The notes beneath the pieces were generated by a model that was not told the DNA's origin, searched no databases, and saw only the letters and a list, made by a program, of their open reading frames with translations. The translations under genes and the position numbers were made by a program. Shown here piece after piece: positions 8,609 to 18,898 of a stretch of 64,000 nucleotides of DNA (positions within the stretch are counted from its first letter, which is position 1; every line of letters begins with the position of its first letter). Source of the stretch: Flavobacteriales bacterium (GTDB taxonomy: Bacteria; Bacteroidota; Bacteroidia; UBA10329); contig JAIOYP010000003.1 in assembly GCA_021741155.1 (NCBI GenBank), positions 74,295-138,294 on the forward strand, written 5' to 3'.

Positions 8609-9955
8609 CTAGTTGCCAAAAACGAAAGCGTTCAAGGCCATGAAGGAAAGACAACCACCTAGGAAACCGAGCGCTGCAAGCCAAGCAATATTCTTAACAT
8701 ACCACATGAATTCAATTTTTTCCATGCCCATTGCCACCACACCTGCAGCAGAACCAATAATGAGCATGCTGCCTCCTGTACCTGCCGAGAACGCGATGAA
8801 ATGCCAAATGTGGTGGTCTATCGGAAATTGAAACATACCCATACTTGCCGCAACCAACGGTACGTTATCGATCACTGCCGATGCTGCACCGAGCAAAATA
8901 ACTACAATGTCTGTGTTCGGAATGGCTGCATTCATTCCTTCAGCTAAATGAAAGAGTGCGCCAACCGATTCGAGCGAAGCCACCGCCATCAGAATTCCAA
9001 GGAAAAACAAGATGCTCGGCATCTCAATTTTGCCTAATGCGCCATGCAGCGGACTGTGGTGTCCTTGTCCGTCCGTAAGGTGGAAATTGCGGCTGGTTCT
9101 AATTTCTGCTACAATTGCTACCACACCCAAGGCCAACATCATTCCGATGTAAGGAGGCAAATGCGAAAGTGTTTTGAATATCGGGACAAAAACGATGGCT
9201 CCAAGACCAAGCAACAGCATACCAAGACTTGCTGGTTTTTCATTCGGGTCTGCGGCAGGCATTTCCACATTTCCTTTGAATACCGACATGAAAGAAGCTG
9301 CCGCTAGAGGGATAAGCACACAGACTATGGATGGGATAACCAAATGTTCAATCAGTTTGCCTGTTGTCACACGGTTTCCAATCCAAAGCATAGTAGTGGT
9401 AACATCACCAATTGGCGACCAAGCACCGCCAGCATTTGCCGCAATAATAATCAGACCAGCAAACCATTTTCTATCCGTAGCATCTGGAATCAACTTGCGC
9501 AGAATGGTAATTAGAACAATAGTGGCCGTTAGATTATCGATAATGGATGACAAAACAAATGCAAGAACGCTCACAATCCAAAGCAACGTCAATTTCTTGC
9601 GTGTTCTCACAAATTGTTTGATGGCGCCAAAACCATTGAAATGGTCGGTTACTTCCACAATCGTCATCGCTCCAAGAAGGAAAATGAGAATCTCGCAGGT
9701 TTTCCCGAAATGATGAAGCAGGGTGTTTTCGAGAATAGGCATGCGTGCATCATGCGCCATGGCGGCAAAACCTTCCATGAGATGTTGATGATGCGAATCG
9801 TACCAATTACTAAAACCATCCAGACCAAAAGCAACGGTGGCCCACATGAGGGCCATCATGATGATGGCAGGTATGAGTTTATCAATCTTGAGCTTATGCT
9901 CAAGTGTTATACTGAGATAGCCAAGGACGAAAATGATGACGAGAATTGTTTCCAT
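8609..9955 (-). CDS. NhaD/ArsB-superfamily Na+/H+ antiporter-like permease (paralog 1)
   Basis: 448-aa polytopic membrane protein. N-terminus METILVIIFVLGYLSITLEHKLKIDK is typical of NhaD-type antiporters. Paralogous to the next gene. Confidence 0.7.
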   Translation of the reverse strand: METILVIIFVLGYLSITLEHKLKIDKLIPAIIMMALMWATVAFGLDGFSNWYDSHHQHLMEGFAAMAHDARMPILENTLLHHFGKTCEILIFLLGAMTIVEVTDHFNGFGAIKQFVRTRKKLTLLWIVSVLAFVLSSIIDNLTATIVLITILRKLIPDATDRKWFAGLIIIAANAGGAWSPIGDVTTTMLWIGNRVTTGKLIEHLVIPSIVCVLIPLAAASFMSVFKGNVEMPAADPNEKPASLGMLLLGLGAIVFVPIFKTLSHLPPYIGMMLALGVVAIVAEIRTSRNFHLTDGQGHHSPLHGALGKIEMPSILFFLGILMAVASLESVGALFHLAEGMNAAIPNTDIVVILLGAASAVIDNVPLVAASMGMFQFPIDHHIWHFIAFSAGTGGSMLIIGSAAGVVAMGMEKIEFMWYVKNIAWLAALGFLGGCLSFMALNAFVFGN

Positions 9956-10041
9956 TGTTTAATTAGTGGTTGTTTAGTTTGAGTTTAGAAACACGTCCAA
10001 GGCGGGGCGATATGTCTTAGGCTTTACGCCTGGGCGTCAGG

Positions 10042-11343
10042 TTAGAATACGAATTGAGTAAGTCCAAGAAATGCAGCACAACCTACCAAGAAGCCAATTG
10101 CTGCTAGCCATGCGATATTCTTAAGATACCACATGAAGTCGATACGCTCCATGCCCATAGCAACTACGCCAGCGGCCGAACCAATAATGAGCATGCTGCC
10201 TCCTGTTCCGGCAGAGAAGGCAATGAAGTGCCAAATGTGGTCATCTAAAGGAAGTTGAAACATGCCCATACTGGCCGCAACCAATGGCACGTTATCAATC
10301 ACCGCAGAGCCAAAGCCCATTAGAATCACAAATACGTTATCCGGAATAGCTGCTCTAACAGCAACCCCTAATTCGAATATCATTCCCACACTCTCCAAAG
10401 CGGCAACAGCCATCAGAATACCCAAGAAGAATAGGATACTTGGCATTTCAATTTTGGCCAGCGATTTATGCACAGGACTGTGATGATGAGCAGCGTTTGA
10501 CATAGTAAACGCACGGTGACTTTTTATCTCTGCTACCATACCAACAACCGCCAAAGACAACATCATTCCTATATATGGAGGAAGGTGAGTCAAGGTCTTG
10601 AAGATGGGCACAAATACAATCATTCCAAGTCCTAAAAGAAGCATCCCAAGGCTTGCTGGTTTTTCATCTGCTTCGGTTTTCGGACTCGTGAGTTGACCCT
10701 TGAAGGGCGGAAGAAGCGTGGCAATAAAAGTTGGAATAGCCATACAAAGCAAAGAAGGAAGGAATAGGAATTGCACCAATTTTCCAGCCGACACCTTGTC
10801 TCCAATCCAGAGCATAGTTGTGGTCACGTCTCCAATTGGTGACCAGGCACCACCTGCATTCGCTCCAATCACAATCAACCCTGCAAACCAAAGACGGTCT
10901 TCTTGCTTGTCAACCAATTTTTTGAGAATCGTAACCAAAACAATGGTGGCCGTAAGGTTATCGATGATAGCAGAAAGAATAAATGCCAATCCACCCATAA
11001 TCCAAAGGAGAACCTTCTTCTCTTTCGTCTTCACAAAAGACTTAATGGCGCCAAAACCATTGAAATGGTCAGTTATCTCCACAATGGTCATTGCGCCCAT
11101 GAGGAAAACGAGTATTTCGGCCGTTTTTCCAAGATGATGCAGCAACATTTCGTCCATGTGTGAGGCAACCAGGCCTTCAATTCCATCAATTTCGAAAACA
11201 GGAATATGTGCTAAAGCGATAACCGCCCAAAGAAATGCCATCATGGCAACAGCCGGAATCAGTTTGTCAATTTTGAATGTGTGTTCAAGGGTGATGGAAA
11301 CATATCCAAGAACAAAAATTACAAGTAATATTATCTCAAGCAT
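10042..11343 (-). CDS. NhaD/ArsB-superfamily Na+/H+ antiporter-like permease (paralog 2)
   Basis: 433 aa, collinear similarity to paralog 1 (MLEIILLVIFVLGYVSITLEH...). The start ATG overlaps the upstream stop by 1 nt (TAATG). Confidence 0.7.
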   Translation of the reverse strand: MLEIILLVIFVLGYVSITLEHTFKIDKLIPAVAMMAFLWAVIALAHIPVFEIDGIEGLVASHMDEMLLHHLGKTAEILVFLMGAMTIVEITDHFNGFGAIKSFVKTKEKKVLLWIMGGLAFILSAIIDNLTATIVLVTILKKLVDKQEDRLWFAGLIVIGANAGGAWSPIGDVTTTMLWIGDKVSAGKLVQFLFLPSLLCMAIPTFIATLLPPFKGQLTSPKTEADEKPASLGMLLLGLGMIVFVPIFKTLTHLPPYIGMMLSLAVVGMVAEIKSHRAFTMSNAAHHHSPVHKSLAKIEMPSILFFLGILMAVAALESVGMIFELGVAVRAAIPDNVFVILMGFGSAVIDNVPLVAASMGMFQLPLDDHIWHFIAFSAGTGGSMLIIGSAAGVVAMGMERIDFMWYLKNIAWLAAIGFLVGCAAFLGLTQFVF

Positions 11344-12635
11344 TAGTTTGTTGTTTGATTTTTAGGTTGCGCCAACAACTCTTCCAATGCCAGTTGAAAG
11401 GCCGTGTTGCTCACATTTGTAAGGGATGAATTTTTGTTATGCACTTTTTTGAGTGCGCTGTAAATGGTACGCGATGTGTCGCTGAAAATCGCCTCATCAG
11501 TGAGGTCTTTGTCTTCATAGCTCATCAAGAACGCGAACACGCGTGCCATGCCGCAATTGGCAATAAAATCAGGAATCAAGCTCAATTGGTCATCGGCTTG
11601 ACTCATAATAGGTCCATAAAAAATCTCTTTGTCTGCAAAAGGAACATTGGCGCCACTGGCAATGGTTTTCAATCCTGCCTTAACCAAGCGCTGAAGTTGA
11701 TTGGCAGAAACTAATCTCGATGCCGCAGCTGGGATGAAAATATCAGCTTTTACATCCCAAATTTTGAAATTGACTTCATCGAAGCTCATCATCCCATCAA
11801 TCTCAAGCGTGTTGCCAACTTTATGGTTAACGAATAGGTTTTTAACGCCTTCTAGGTCAAAACCTTCTTCGTTTATCAAGCCACCGTTTTTATCGATGAT
11901 TCCTACAATTTTAGCGCCTGCGTGGGCCAATTCCATGGCAGCTGCAGAAGCTACATTACCCCATCCCTGAATAATAACTCGCTTCCCTTCCAACGACTCT
12001 TCTTTGAAGATGGAGTAAAAATGCTTTACCGATTCGCTCACGCCAAATCCCGTTACCATATCGGCCACGCGGTATTTAGTGGGACCATCTGGACAATAAT
12101 TTGGGTCTTCTAATACTTTAGAAACGCCATTTCTTAATTGTCCAATCTTGCGGATTTTCTCAGCTTCAGTCGGATCAAAATGTCCATTTACAATCCCTTC
12201 TTGCGGGTGCCAAATGCCGAAACTTTCGGTAATCGGAATCACTTCGTGAATTTCATCCACGTTCATATCGCCACCCGTGCCGTAGTAATTCTTCAAAAGT
12301 GGAGAAACGGCTTTGTACCAGCGCTCCAATACACCTTTTTTTCGTGGGTCTTTCGGGTCGAAATCAATTCCAGACTTGGCGCCACCTATTGCAGGGCCGC
12401 TCACTGTGAATTTAATCTCCATGGTTTTGGCGAGGGAAACAACTTCATCCTTATCCAATCCAACACGCATGCGTGTTCCTCCACCTGCTGCACCGCCTCT
12501 TAAGGAGTTTATCACTACCCATCCTCGTGCTTCGGTCTCTCGGTCGTTCCATTCGAAAACGATTTCAGGAGCCCGCTCCTCGTATTTTTTTAACAGGTCT
12601 TTCAATGCGCGAATACGCTCAAAATTTCCGCGCAA
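11343..12635 (-). CDS. Glu/Leu/Phe/Val dehydrogenase family protein (divergent GDH-like)
   Basis: GGAKSGIDFDP resembles the GDH catalytic-Lys motif. Rossmann segment RVIIQGWGNVASAAAMELAHAGAKIVGI. TTG start at 12635. Confidence 0.65.
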   Translation of the reverse strand: MRGNFERIRALKDLLKKYEERAPEIVFEWNDRETEARGWVVINSLRGGAAGGGTRMRVGLDKDEVVSLAKTMEIKFTVSGPAIGGAKSGIDFDPKDPRKKGVLERWYKAVSPLLKNYYGTGGDMNVDEIHEVIPITESFGIWHPQEGIVNGHFDPTEAEKIRKIGQLRNGVSKVLEDPNYCPDGPTKYRVADMVTGFGVSESVKHFYSIFKEESLEGKRVIIQGWGNVASAAAMELAHAGAKIVGIIDKNGGLINEEGFDLEGVKNLFVNHKVGNTLEIDGMMSFDEVNFKIWDVKADIFIPAAASRLVSANQLQRLVKAGLKTIASGANVPFADKEIFYGPIMSQADDQLSLIPDFIANCGMARVFAFLMSYEDKDLTDEAIFSDTSRTIYSALKKVHNKNSSLTNVSNTAFQLALEELLAQPKNQTTN

Positions 12636-12680
12636 ATGTAAAACAAATTCAAAGGGGTAATGGACTTCAAACGTACCCTC

Positions 12681-13760
12681 CTAAGAAGTTGGAAAATGCA
12701 CCACTCCAGAAGAAGAATCGCACGAAGCACCCGTAACGCTTCTAAGTACATTTATTTCGCTTCTCATACGCAAGACGCCCAAAAAGGCAAAGATGAGCGC
12801 CTCCTTGAAATCTACAATTTCGCTTTTTGGAACTACGATTTCTGCTTTTGATAAAGCAGCAAGCCGCTCCATCAAAAAGCGGTTCTTAGCCCCACCGCCA
12901 GTTACAAGTACCAAACCGCCCATTGCTTTTGCATTAATTACCATGCTGATTTGCCAAGCTGCATGTTCTGTGACTGTTCGCAATTTATTTTCAATAGAAA
13001 CTGATTTTTTTTCTACTACAGGATTGAATTCATTTTCTAACCATTCGCGCGCCAACGATGGTCTTACACCTTCAGTGTAAACCAGCAGAGAATTGAGCTC
13101 TGCGAGCAAAGTTTCATTCAATTTTCCTGCCCTAGCTATCGCTCCGCTTTCGTCAAATGGTTTGCCTAGCGAATTGGCAAGCGGATTGAACGCAATATTT
13201 ACTGGACAAATATCAAATGCACGTCTTTCTCCGCCCTCTTTAAAGCTGATATTGGAGAATCCACCCAAGTTTAAACAAGCTTCATAATTGGTAAAAAGCA
13301 GTTCATCGCCAATTGGAACCAAAGGCGCCCCCTGCCCGCCAAGCGAAACATCTAAACTTCGAAAATCCGAAACGGTAGTTAGTCCACATGCATTCGCAAT
13401 TTCCTGTCCATCCCCAATCTGCAACGTGAATTTCTTCGCTGGTTCATGAAAAACTGTATGGCCATGAGAACATACTAAATCTGGCTTTGCTAATCCAAAC
13501 TTCTCCAAAAATATATTGACTTGACCTCCCGTAAACCTTCCAAAATCTTTACCTAAAGCACCAAGTTTTTCTGCTGTAAAAGTGTGAGCATTCCTGAGAC
13601 CGAAAGACCACTTATCGTCATACGTAACACAATCTGATGCCACAATCTCAAACTGCCACTTACCATCAAAAGTGAATTCCACATAGCACAAATCCATCCC
13701 ATCGAGCGATGTACCAGACATTACACCAATGGCTGTTGCTCGCTCTATGTTTAAACTCAT
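12681..13760 (-). CDS. anmK: Anhydro-N-acetylmuramic acid kinase
   Basis: IGVMSGTSLDGMDL N-terminal ASKHA motif and about 360 aa. The start is taken at MSLNI (ATG at 13760); the alternative is MREEM at 13772. Confidence 0.8.
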   Translation of the reverse strand: MSLNIERATAIGVMSGTSLDGMDLCYVEFTFDGKWQFEIVASDCVTYDDKWSFGLRNAHTFTAEKLGALGKDFGRFTGGQVNIFLEKFGLAKPDLVCSHGHTVFHEPAKKFTLQIGDGQEIANACGLTTVSDFRSLDVSLGGQGAPLVPIGDELLFTNYEACLNLGGFSNISFKEGGERRAFDICPVNIAFNPLANSLGKPFDESGAIARAGKLNETLLAELNSLLVYTEGVRPSLAREWLENEFNPVVEKKSVSIENKLRTVTEHAAWQISMVINAKAMGGLVLVTGGGAKNRFLMERLAALSKAEIVVPKSEIVDFKEALIFAFLGVLRMRSEINVLRSVTGASCDSSSGVVHFPTS

Positions 13761-13828
13761 CTCTTCCCGCATTTCTGCAAAGGTGCTAACTATTCACCGC
13801 TAGCTGGTCACTTTTCACTTCAAAAACC

Positions 13829-13836
13829 TACATTTG
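13829..13836 (+). promoter_or_regulatory. Candidate Bacteroidota sigma-A -7 box (TAnnTTTG) for the acyl-CoA dehydrogenase gene
   Basis: TACATTTG, 25 nt upstream of the ATG at 13862. Confidence 0.3.
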
Positions 13837-13861
13837 CCGCTCACCTAAGCACCATTTTAAG

Positions 13862-15004
13862 ATGAAAGTTGAGTTGAATGAGGAGCACCTGATGATTCAA
13901 AAAGCAGCACGCGATTTCGCACAAACCGAATTGCTGCCAGGCGTTATTGAACGCGACTCTAAAATGGAATTCCCTCACGAGCAGGTCAAAAAAATGGGAG
14001 AACTCGGTTTCCTCGGTTTAATGGTAGACCCCAAGTATGGCGGCAGCGGAATGGACACCGTTTCCTATGTTTTGGCAATGGAAGAAATCTCTAAAATCGA
14101 CAACTCGGCATCGGTATGCATGAGTGTTTGCAACTCATTAGTAAATTGGGGATTGGAGAAATACGGTACCGAAGCGCAAAAACAGAAATACCTAGTTCCA
14201 TTGGCAACAGGTCAAAAAATTGGTGCATTTGCCCTTTCAGAACCAGAAGCTGGTTCAGACGCCACTTCGCAGCAAACAACCGCCATCGACATGGGCGACC
14301 ATTACCTCCTCAACGGAACAAAAAACTGGATAACCAATGGCGGAAATGCCTCTACGTATTTGGTTATTGCACAAACAGATGTAGAAAAAGGCCATCGCGG
14401 TATCAATGTCCTGATAGTAGAAAAAGGAATGCCCGGTTTTACTGTAGGAGCAAAAGAAGACAAGCTCGGAATTCGTTCGTCTGACACACATTCCTTGATG
14501 TTTCAAGATGTAAAAGTTCCGAAAGAGAACAGAATTGGCGAAGACGGATTCGGATTCAAATTTGCCATGATGACCCTTTCTGGAGGTCGTATTGGTATAG
14601 CATCGCAAGCACTCGGTATCGCAAGCGGAGCTTACGAGTTAGCCTTAGCCTATTCTAAAGAGCGCAAGGCATTCGGAAAAACCATTAATCAACACCAAAT
14701 CATCCAGTTCAAATTGGCTGATATGGCGACAGAAATCGAAGCTGCGCGTTTACTTATCTACAAATCTGCTTGGGAAAAAGACCAAGGTCTCAACTACGAT
14801 GTCTCCAGTTCCATGGCCAAACTCTTCGCATCCCGCGTAGCCATGGAAACTACGGTAGAAGCGGTTCAAATTCATGGAGGCTATGGTTACGTGAAAGAAT
14901 ATCATGTAGAGCGCCTCATGCGCGATGCAAAAATCACGCAGATTTACGAAGGAACTTCAGAAGTTCAAAAGATTGTTATATCAAGAGCAGTAACCAAGGA
15001 CTAA
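13862..15004 (+). CDS. Acyl-CoA dehydrogenase (short/branched-chain type)
   Basis: 380 aa. FALSEPEAGSDA. C-terminal IYEGTSEVQ and overall ACAD architecture. Confidence 0.85.
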   Translation: MKVELNEEHLMIQKAARDFAQTELLPGVIERDSKMEFPHEQVKKMGELGFLGLMVDPKYGGSGMDTVSYVLAMEEISKIDNSASVCMSVCNSLVNWGLEKYGTEAQKQKYLVPLATGQKIGAFALSEPEAGSDATSQQTTAIDMGDHYLLNGTKNWITNGGNASTYLVIAQTDVEKGHRGINVLIVEKGMPGFTVGAKEDKLGIRSSDTHSLMFQDVKVPKENRIGEDGFGFKFAMMTLSGGRIGIASQALGIASGAYELALAYSKERKAFGKTINQHQIIQFKLADMATEIEAARLLIYKSAWEKDQGLNYDVSSSMAKLFASRVAMETTVEAVQIHGGYGYVKEYHVERLMRDAKITQIYEGTSEVQKIVISRAVTKD

Positions 15005-16314
15005 GACAAAAGCAACTCAGTTGCTTTCTCCAACCTATTCCCCCGGGAACCTTTAATAAGTACCGTTTCATTCTCTACAGGATGAGAAGTAAGCCATTCG
15101 TTCAATTCATCAACATCAAGAAAGAAGTTGAATGAGAATTCATTCTTAAAAGGAAGAAATTCCTTTCCAACCAAACAAACCGTTTTCAACTTTAGCGTAG
15201 TCAGTCGCAGACAAATACGCTTGTGTTCCTCGGCACTCGTTGGTCCAACCTCAAGCATCTCTCCCAATATCACCGAATGGTTGGCTCCATCCGAACTAAT
15301 TAAGTTCGTAATCGCCACTTCCATACTGCTAGGGTTAGCATTGTAAGCATCCAATATAAACGTGTTTGAGCCGTTCCTCTTCACCTCAGATCGGTTATTA
15401 GATGGCTCGTAAGCCGAAAGCCCTTTGGCAATTTCTTCATCCGTCAGTCCAAACACGATTCCAATTGCAACGGCAGCCATAATATTTGGAAGGTTATACG
15501 TTCCCGTAAGATTCGTTTTCACAACGCGCTTCTCGTCAATCGCAGCCGACTCTCGTTTTCGTTTCCATTGCACCGAAACAAAATTCCCATCTCTCACAAT
15601 TCTTCCCTGCACATCATCCGTTGGCAAAGCACCGTAAGAGAACGCTTTCTCACCATCCACATTCCCCACCAAAAGGCTATCGCAACTATGCACCAACAAA
15701 TTCCCTCCAAACTGTCGAATATGGTCAAACAATTCCGCTTTGGTTTTTAGCACACCGGCCAATCCGCCCATAGTTTCTAAATGAGCTTTTCCAATATTCG
15801 TGATGAGAGCATAATTCGGGTCAGCAATATCACATAACTCTTTAATATCACCTTGTTTGCTGGCGCCCATCTCAATGATTGCAATTTCATGGTTCGGATT
15901 CAATTGAAATAGCGTAAGAGGCACGCCAATCTGATTATTGAAATTTCCTGCCGTGGCAAGTACACTATACTTCTGACTGAGAACCGAATACATCAACTCC
16001 TTTGTCGTGGTCTTGCCGTTCGACCCAGTAATTCCGATTACAGGAATATCAAATTGATGCCGATGGTAGGATGAGAGGTCTTGAAGCGTTTTTAGTCCAT
16101 CCTCAACTTTGATGAGACCTTTCGCATCTGGCAAAGCCTGATTGTCTGTTATGGAATAAGCCGCGCCTTTCTCCAAAGCTTCCAGCGCAAAGGAATTTCC
16201 ATCAAAAGTTTCTCCTTTCAGAGAGACGTAAATGCAGCCTTCCGTTATTTTTCGGCTATCCGTGCAAATGACTGGATGCTGTTTGTAAAGCTCATATAGT
16301 TCAGAAATCTTCAT
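15001..16314 (-). CDS. murF: UDP-N-acetylmuramoyl-tripeptide--D-alanyl-D-alanine ligase
   Basis: Mur ligase P-loop GITGSNGKTTTKE and about 437 aa. The first ATG is at 16314 (MKISELYELY). It overlaps the acd stop by 4 nt. Confidence 0.85.
   Translation of the reverse strand: MKISELYELYKQHPVICTDSRKITEGCIYVSLKGETFDGNSFALEALEKGAAYSITDNQALPDAKGLIKVEDGLKTLQDLSSYHRHQFDIPVIGITGSNGKTTTKELMYSVLSQKYSVLATAGNFNNQIGVPLTLFQLNPNHEIAIIEMGASKQGDIKELCDIADPNYALITNIGKAHLETMGGLAGVLKTKAELFDHIRQFGGNLLVHSCDSLLVGNVDGEKAFSYGALPTDDVQGRIVRDGNFVSVQWKRKRESAAIDEKRVVKTNLTGTYNLPNIMAAVAIGIVFGLTDEEIAKGLSAYEPSNNRSEVKRNGSNTFILDAYNANPSSMEVAITNLISSDGANHSVILGEMLEVGPTSAEEHKRICLRLTTLKLKTVCLVGKEFLPFKNEFSFNFFLDVDELNEWLTSHPVENETVLIKGSRGNRLEKATELLLS
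15008..15026. terminator. Perfect 9-bp inverted repeat (AAAGCAACT-C-AGTTGCTTT) just downstream of the acd stop, embedded in the last codons of murF
   Basis: Direct sequence reading. It is a candidate terminator or attenuator for the convergent gene pair. There is no long T-run beyond the TTT inside the stem. Confidence 0.35.
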
Positions 16315-16377
16315 GTCCGAAAAATAAAAACCCCAAGCCATATTGGCTTGGGGTTTCAATACAGTTGTTAGACAATT

Positions 16378-17856
16378 TTAGTCCATTGTTTGGCTTCCGA
16401 CTCGAACCATCGCGCAACGGAAACCAATATCATCAGTAGATTGCTTAGCATCCAAATAACGTCTGGTTCCAGGAACCAACCAATAAGCTCTGTCTTTCCA
16501 AGAACCACCTTTGTAAACGTGTGCCTCATCATTAATTAACGAAGTCGCACCCCATTCATACATACGCTTTGCCTCTTTTTGGCCACCCGTATTATACTCG
16601 TCATTGGTGTAAAAGATGGATGAAGAATAATCACCATCCAAGAAGTTGATGTTGTCAGACTTCTTGTAGTTTCTTCTTTGAGTGTTTTCTTCTTCAGTAA
16701 CATCTCTCCAGATAATTCTACCTAAACTGTCTTTTTCAGCAATCTCACCTTCTTCCTCTCTCAATTGCGTTTTAAATACGTTACCTCTAAACATGTTGAA
16801 GTCATCATCATCTTCCATGCTTAACGGGCGATAAACGTCTTTTACCCATTCGCTCACGTTACCAGCCATGCAATAAAGACCGTAATCATTTGGCCAGTAA
16901 GAAGAAACATCGGTAGGAATGTTTGCTCGGTCATTCAACAGACCAGCAGCTCCCATGTTATCCCCTTTCCCTCTTTTGAAGTTAGCCATCATTTCACCTT
17001 TGAATTGATCATCAGCATTACGCATGTAAGCACCATTCCAAGGATAAAGTCTTCTTTCTGTAACACGCTCAAATACGGTGTTTCCAATTAGACCCAAAGC
17101 AGCAAATTCCCATTCTGCCTCTGTTGGGAGTCTGTAACGTGGCAAAAGAATACCGTCTTCAATCCGCACTTTACGTGTGTCTTTGTTTGGATCAAGGTCA
17201 ATAAGGTCAGATCGCACAAGACCTTCATATTGTCCAGCCAAATAAGCATCTGTGTTAAAGTTGTCCTCATCCACCTGATTAGGGTTGGTTTGAAGGATTC
17301 CTTCACGGATAAGAATCATTTCGTTTACACGATCTGTTCTCCAAGCACAATAATCAGTTGCTTGCAACCAGTTTACACCAACTACTGGGTAATAGTTGTA
17401 AGCTGGATGTCTTAAATACAATTCAACATATGGCTCGTTAAATCCAAGTTTACTTCTCCAGACCAATGTATCTGGAAGTGACCTTTTGTAAACCTCAGGA
17501 TAACTAGCTGAGAAAACGCGAGAAATCCAATACAGGTATTCACGGTAGTCAACGTTTGCCACTTCTGTTTCATCCATGTAAAATGAAGAAACAGTTGCTC
17601 TACGTGGGATATTATCCCAATCGTATCTAACGTCTTGCTCCACCCGACCCATTGTGAATGTGCCACCTTCAATAAATACCAGCCCAGGTCCAGTTTCCTG
17701 ACCTTCCCATGGTGCAACCTCAAAACCACCATTTTTCGGGTCGTTGTGATTCCATCCAGTACTAGCTGAACGTTCTTTTTGACAAGCACCTAAAAAGAAG
17801 CTTGCAATAGCGAAAACGCCAATGATTTTGAAACCGTTAATTTTAAATGTCTTCAT
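16378..17856 (-). CDS. gldJ: Gliding-motility lipoprotein GldJ (formylglycine-generating-enzyme/sulfatase-modifying-factor fold)
   Basis: Lipoprotein signal MKTFKINGFKIIGVFAIASFFLGAC. FGE-like domain. Location next to murF and porU-porV, as in Flavobacterium johnsoniae. Confidence 0.7.
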   Translation of the reverse strand: MKTFKINGFKIIGVFAIASFFLGACQKERSASTGWNHNDPKNGGFEVAPWEGQETGPGLVFIEGGTFTMGRVEQDVRYDWDNIPRRATVSSFYMDETEVANVDYREYLYWISRVFSASYPEVYKRSLPDTLVWRSKLGFNEPYVELYLRHPAYNYYPVVGVNWLQATDYCAWRTDRVNEMILIREGILQTNPNQVDEDNFNTDAYLAGQYEGLVRSDLIDLDPNKDTRKVRIEDGILLPRYRLPTEAEWEFAALGLIGNTVFERVTERRLYPWNGAYMRNADDQFKGEMMANFKRGKGDNMGAAGLLNDRANIPTDVSSYWPNDYGLYCMAGNVSEWVKDVYRPLSMEDDDDFNMFRGNVFKTQLREEEGEIAEKDSLGRIIWRDVTEEENTQRRNYKKSDNINFLDGDYSSSIFYTNDEYNTGGQKEAKRMYEWGATSLINDEAHVYKGGSWKDRAYWLVPGTRRYLDAKQSTDDIGFRCAMVRVGSQTMD

Positions 17857-17917
17857 GACTATGTTGTTTCGGAACATGCTTTGAACGTAAAAACGAATCC
17901 TTTGTTACGTTATTGTA

Positions 17918-18898
17918 TCAGAACGATGGACAATCGATTGCTCTGAACTTCTTTTTCGGCTTTCTGCAACCGAACTGAAGTCCGAGCGAAAATTCGTGAG
18001 ATCCAGCGGTATTGTTTGTAAGGGACGAGACAGTAACGTCATAACTATACCCAAACTTAAATGCGCCTTGCTGAAATCCTAGCATCACGATGAATGCATC
18101 TGGATTATTGAAACTCTGACGGAACCAGATACCACCAACTATAAACCCTTTAGATAAATAGAATCCGTAGTTCAACTGCTGAAAATCTTGTTGGTGTTGA
18201 TAAAGAATGTTTGGAGAAAGATTCCACTTCTTATCCTGCTCTCTTCTTTTTCCGAAATAAATATTAACGCCTGCGTGTCCTGTGAATTTTACTGGAAGTT
18301 TGCTGATGCCAGCAAATCCTTCATCTGGTTGGGTTATATGATGTGCAGCAAATCCAACGAAGAAATTTTCGGTATATCCTATAATACCTGCAGAGAAATC
18401 TGCAAATATCTTACTCAAGTTCGGCTGAATTTCGTTTGTCTGATAAACAAAGCCATATCGGGGGTCAATCATATCCCCAAAAGTCAACTTGTTCCAATCA
18501 ATACTTCGCTGCATAATGGTGGCTTGAGCACCAATCCTTAAGGAGAATTTCCTTGAAATATTCATCCTATAAGCATAAATAAGGCTGCCTTCGAAACTAT
18601 TCAACGTTCCTTCTCCGGCTCGATCGGCCATAAAATGACCGGCAAGCCCACCATGCAGCGCATTAACATCCATATCAAAAGATGCACTATACGTCACAAA
18701 TGTTCCAGATATGGCAGGCCATTGGTTTCTGTAGTTCATACATACTCGAGGACATCTCTTGGAACCTGCAAAAGCCGGGTTCAAATAGATTGGATTTGCG
18801 TAGAACTGAGTGAACTGTGGATCCTGAGCTAATGCTTCATTGGCCGTCCAACTCCCTACTAATACCAACAAAAAGGCAACGAAAAACCGCTTTAGCAT
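17918..18898 (-). CDS. PorP/SprF-family type IX secretion membrane protein
   Basis: Signal peptide, then QDPQFTQFYANPIYLNPAFAG. C-terminal SHEFSLGLQF...CPSF. About 326 aa. This is the typical PorP/SprF family signature. Confidence 0.7.
   Translation of the reverse strand: MLKRFFVAFLLVLVGSWTANEALAQDPQFTQFYANPIYLNPAFAGSKRCPRVCMNYRNQWPAISGTFVTYSASFDMDVNALHGGLAGHFMADRAGEGTLNSFEGSLIYAYRMNISRKFSLRIGAQATIMQRSIDWNKLTFGDMIDPRYGFVYQTNEIQPNLSKIFADFSAGIIGYTENFFVGFAAHHITQPDEGFAGISKLPVKFTGHAGVNIYFGKRREQDKKWNLSPNILYQHQQDFQQLNYGFYLSKGFIVGGIWFRQSFNNPDAFIVMLGFQQGAFKFGYSYDVTVSSLTNNTAGSHEFSLGLQFGCRKPKKKFRAIDCPSF

Noticed and set aside
9991-10040. Possible hairpin between the two NhaD paralogs
   Set aside because: The stems are imperfect (5 + 2 bp with mismatches) and the loop is 22 nt. 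It is not convincing as a terminator.
12138-12660. Two plus-strand ORFs (121 and 115 aa) inside the GDH-family gene
   Set aside because: They are antisense to a well-supported coding region and have no motifs.
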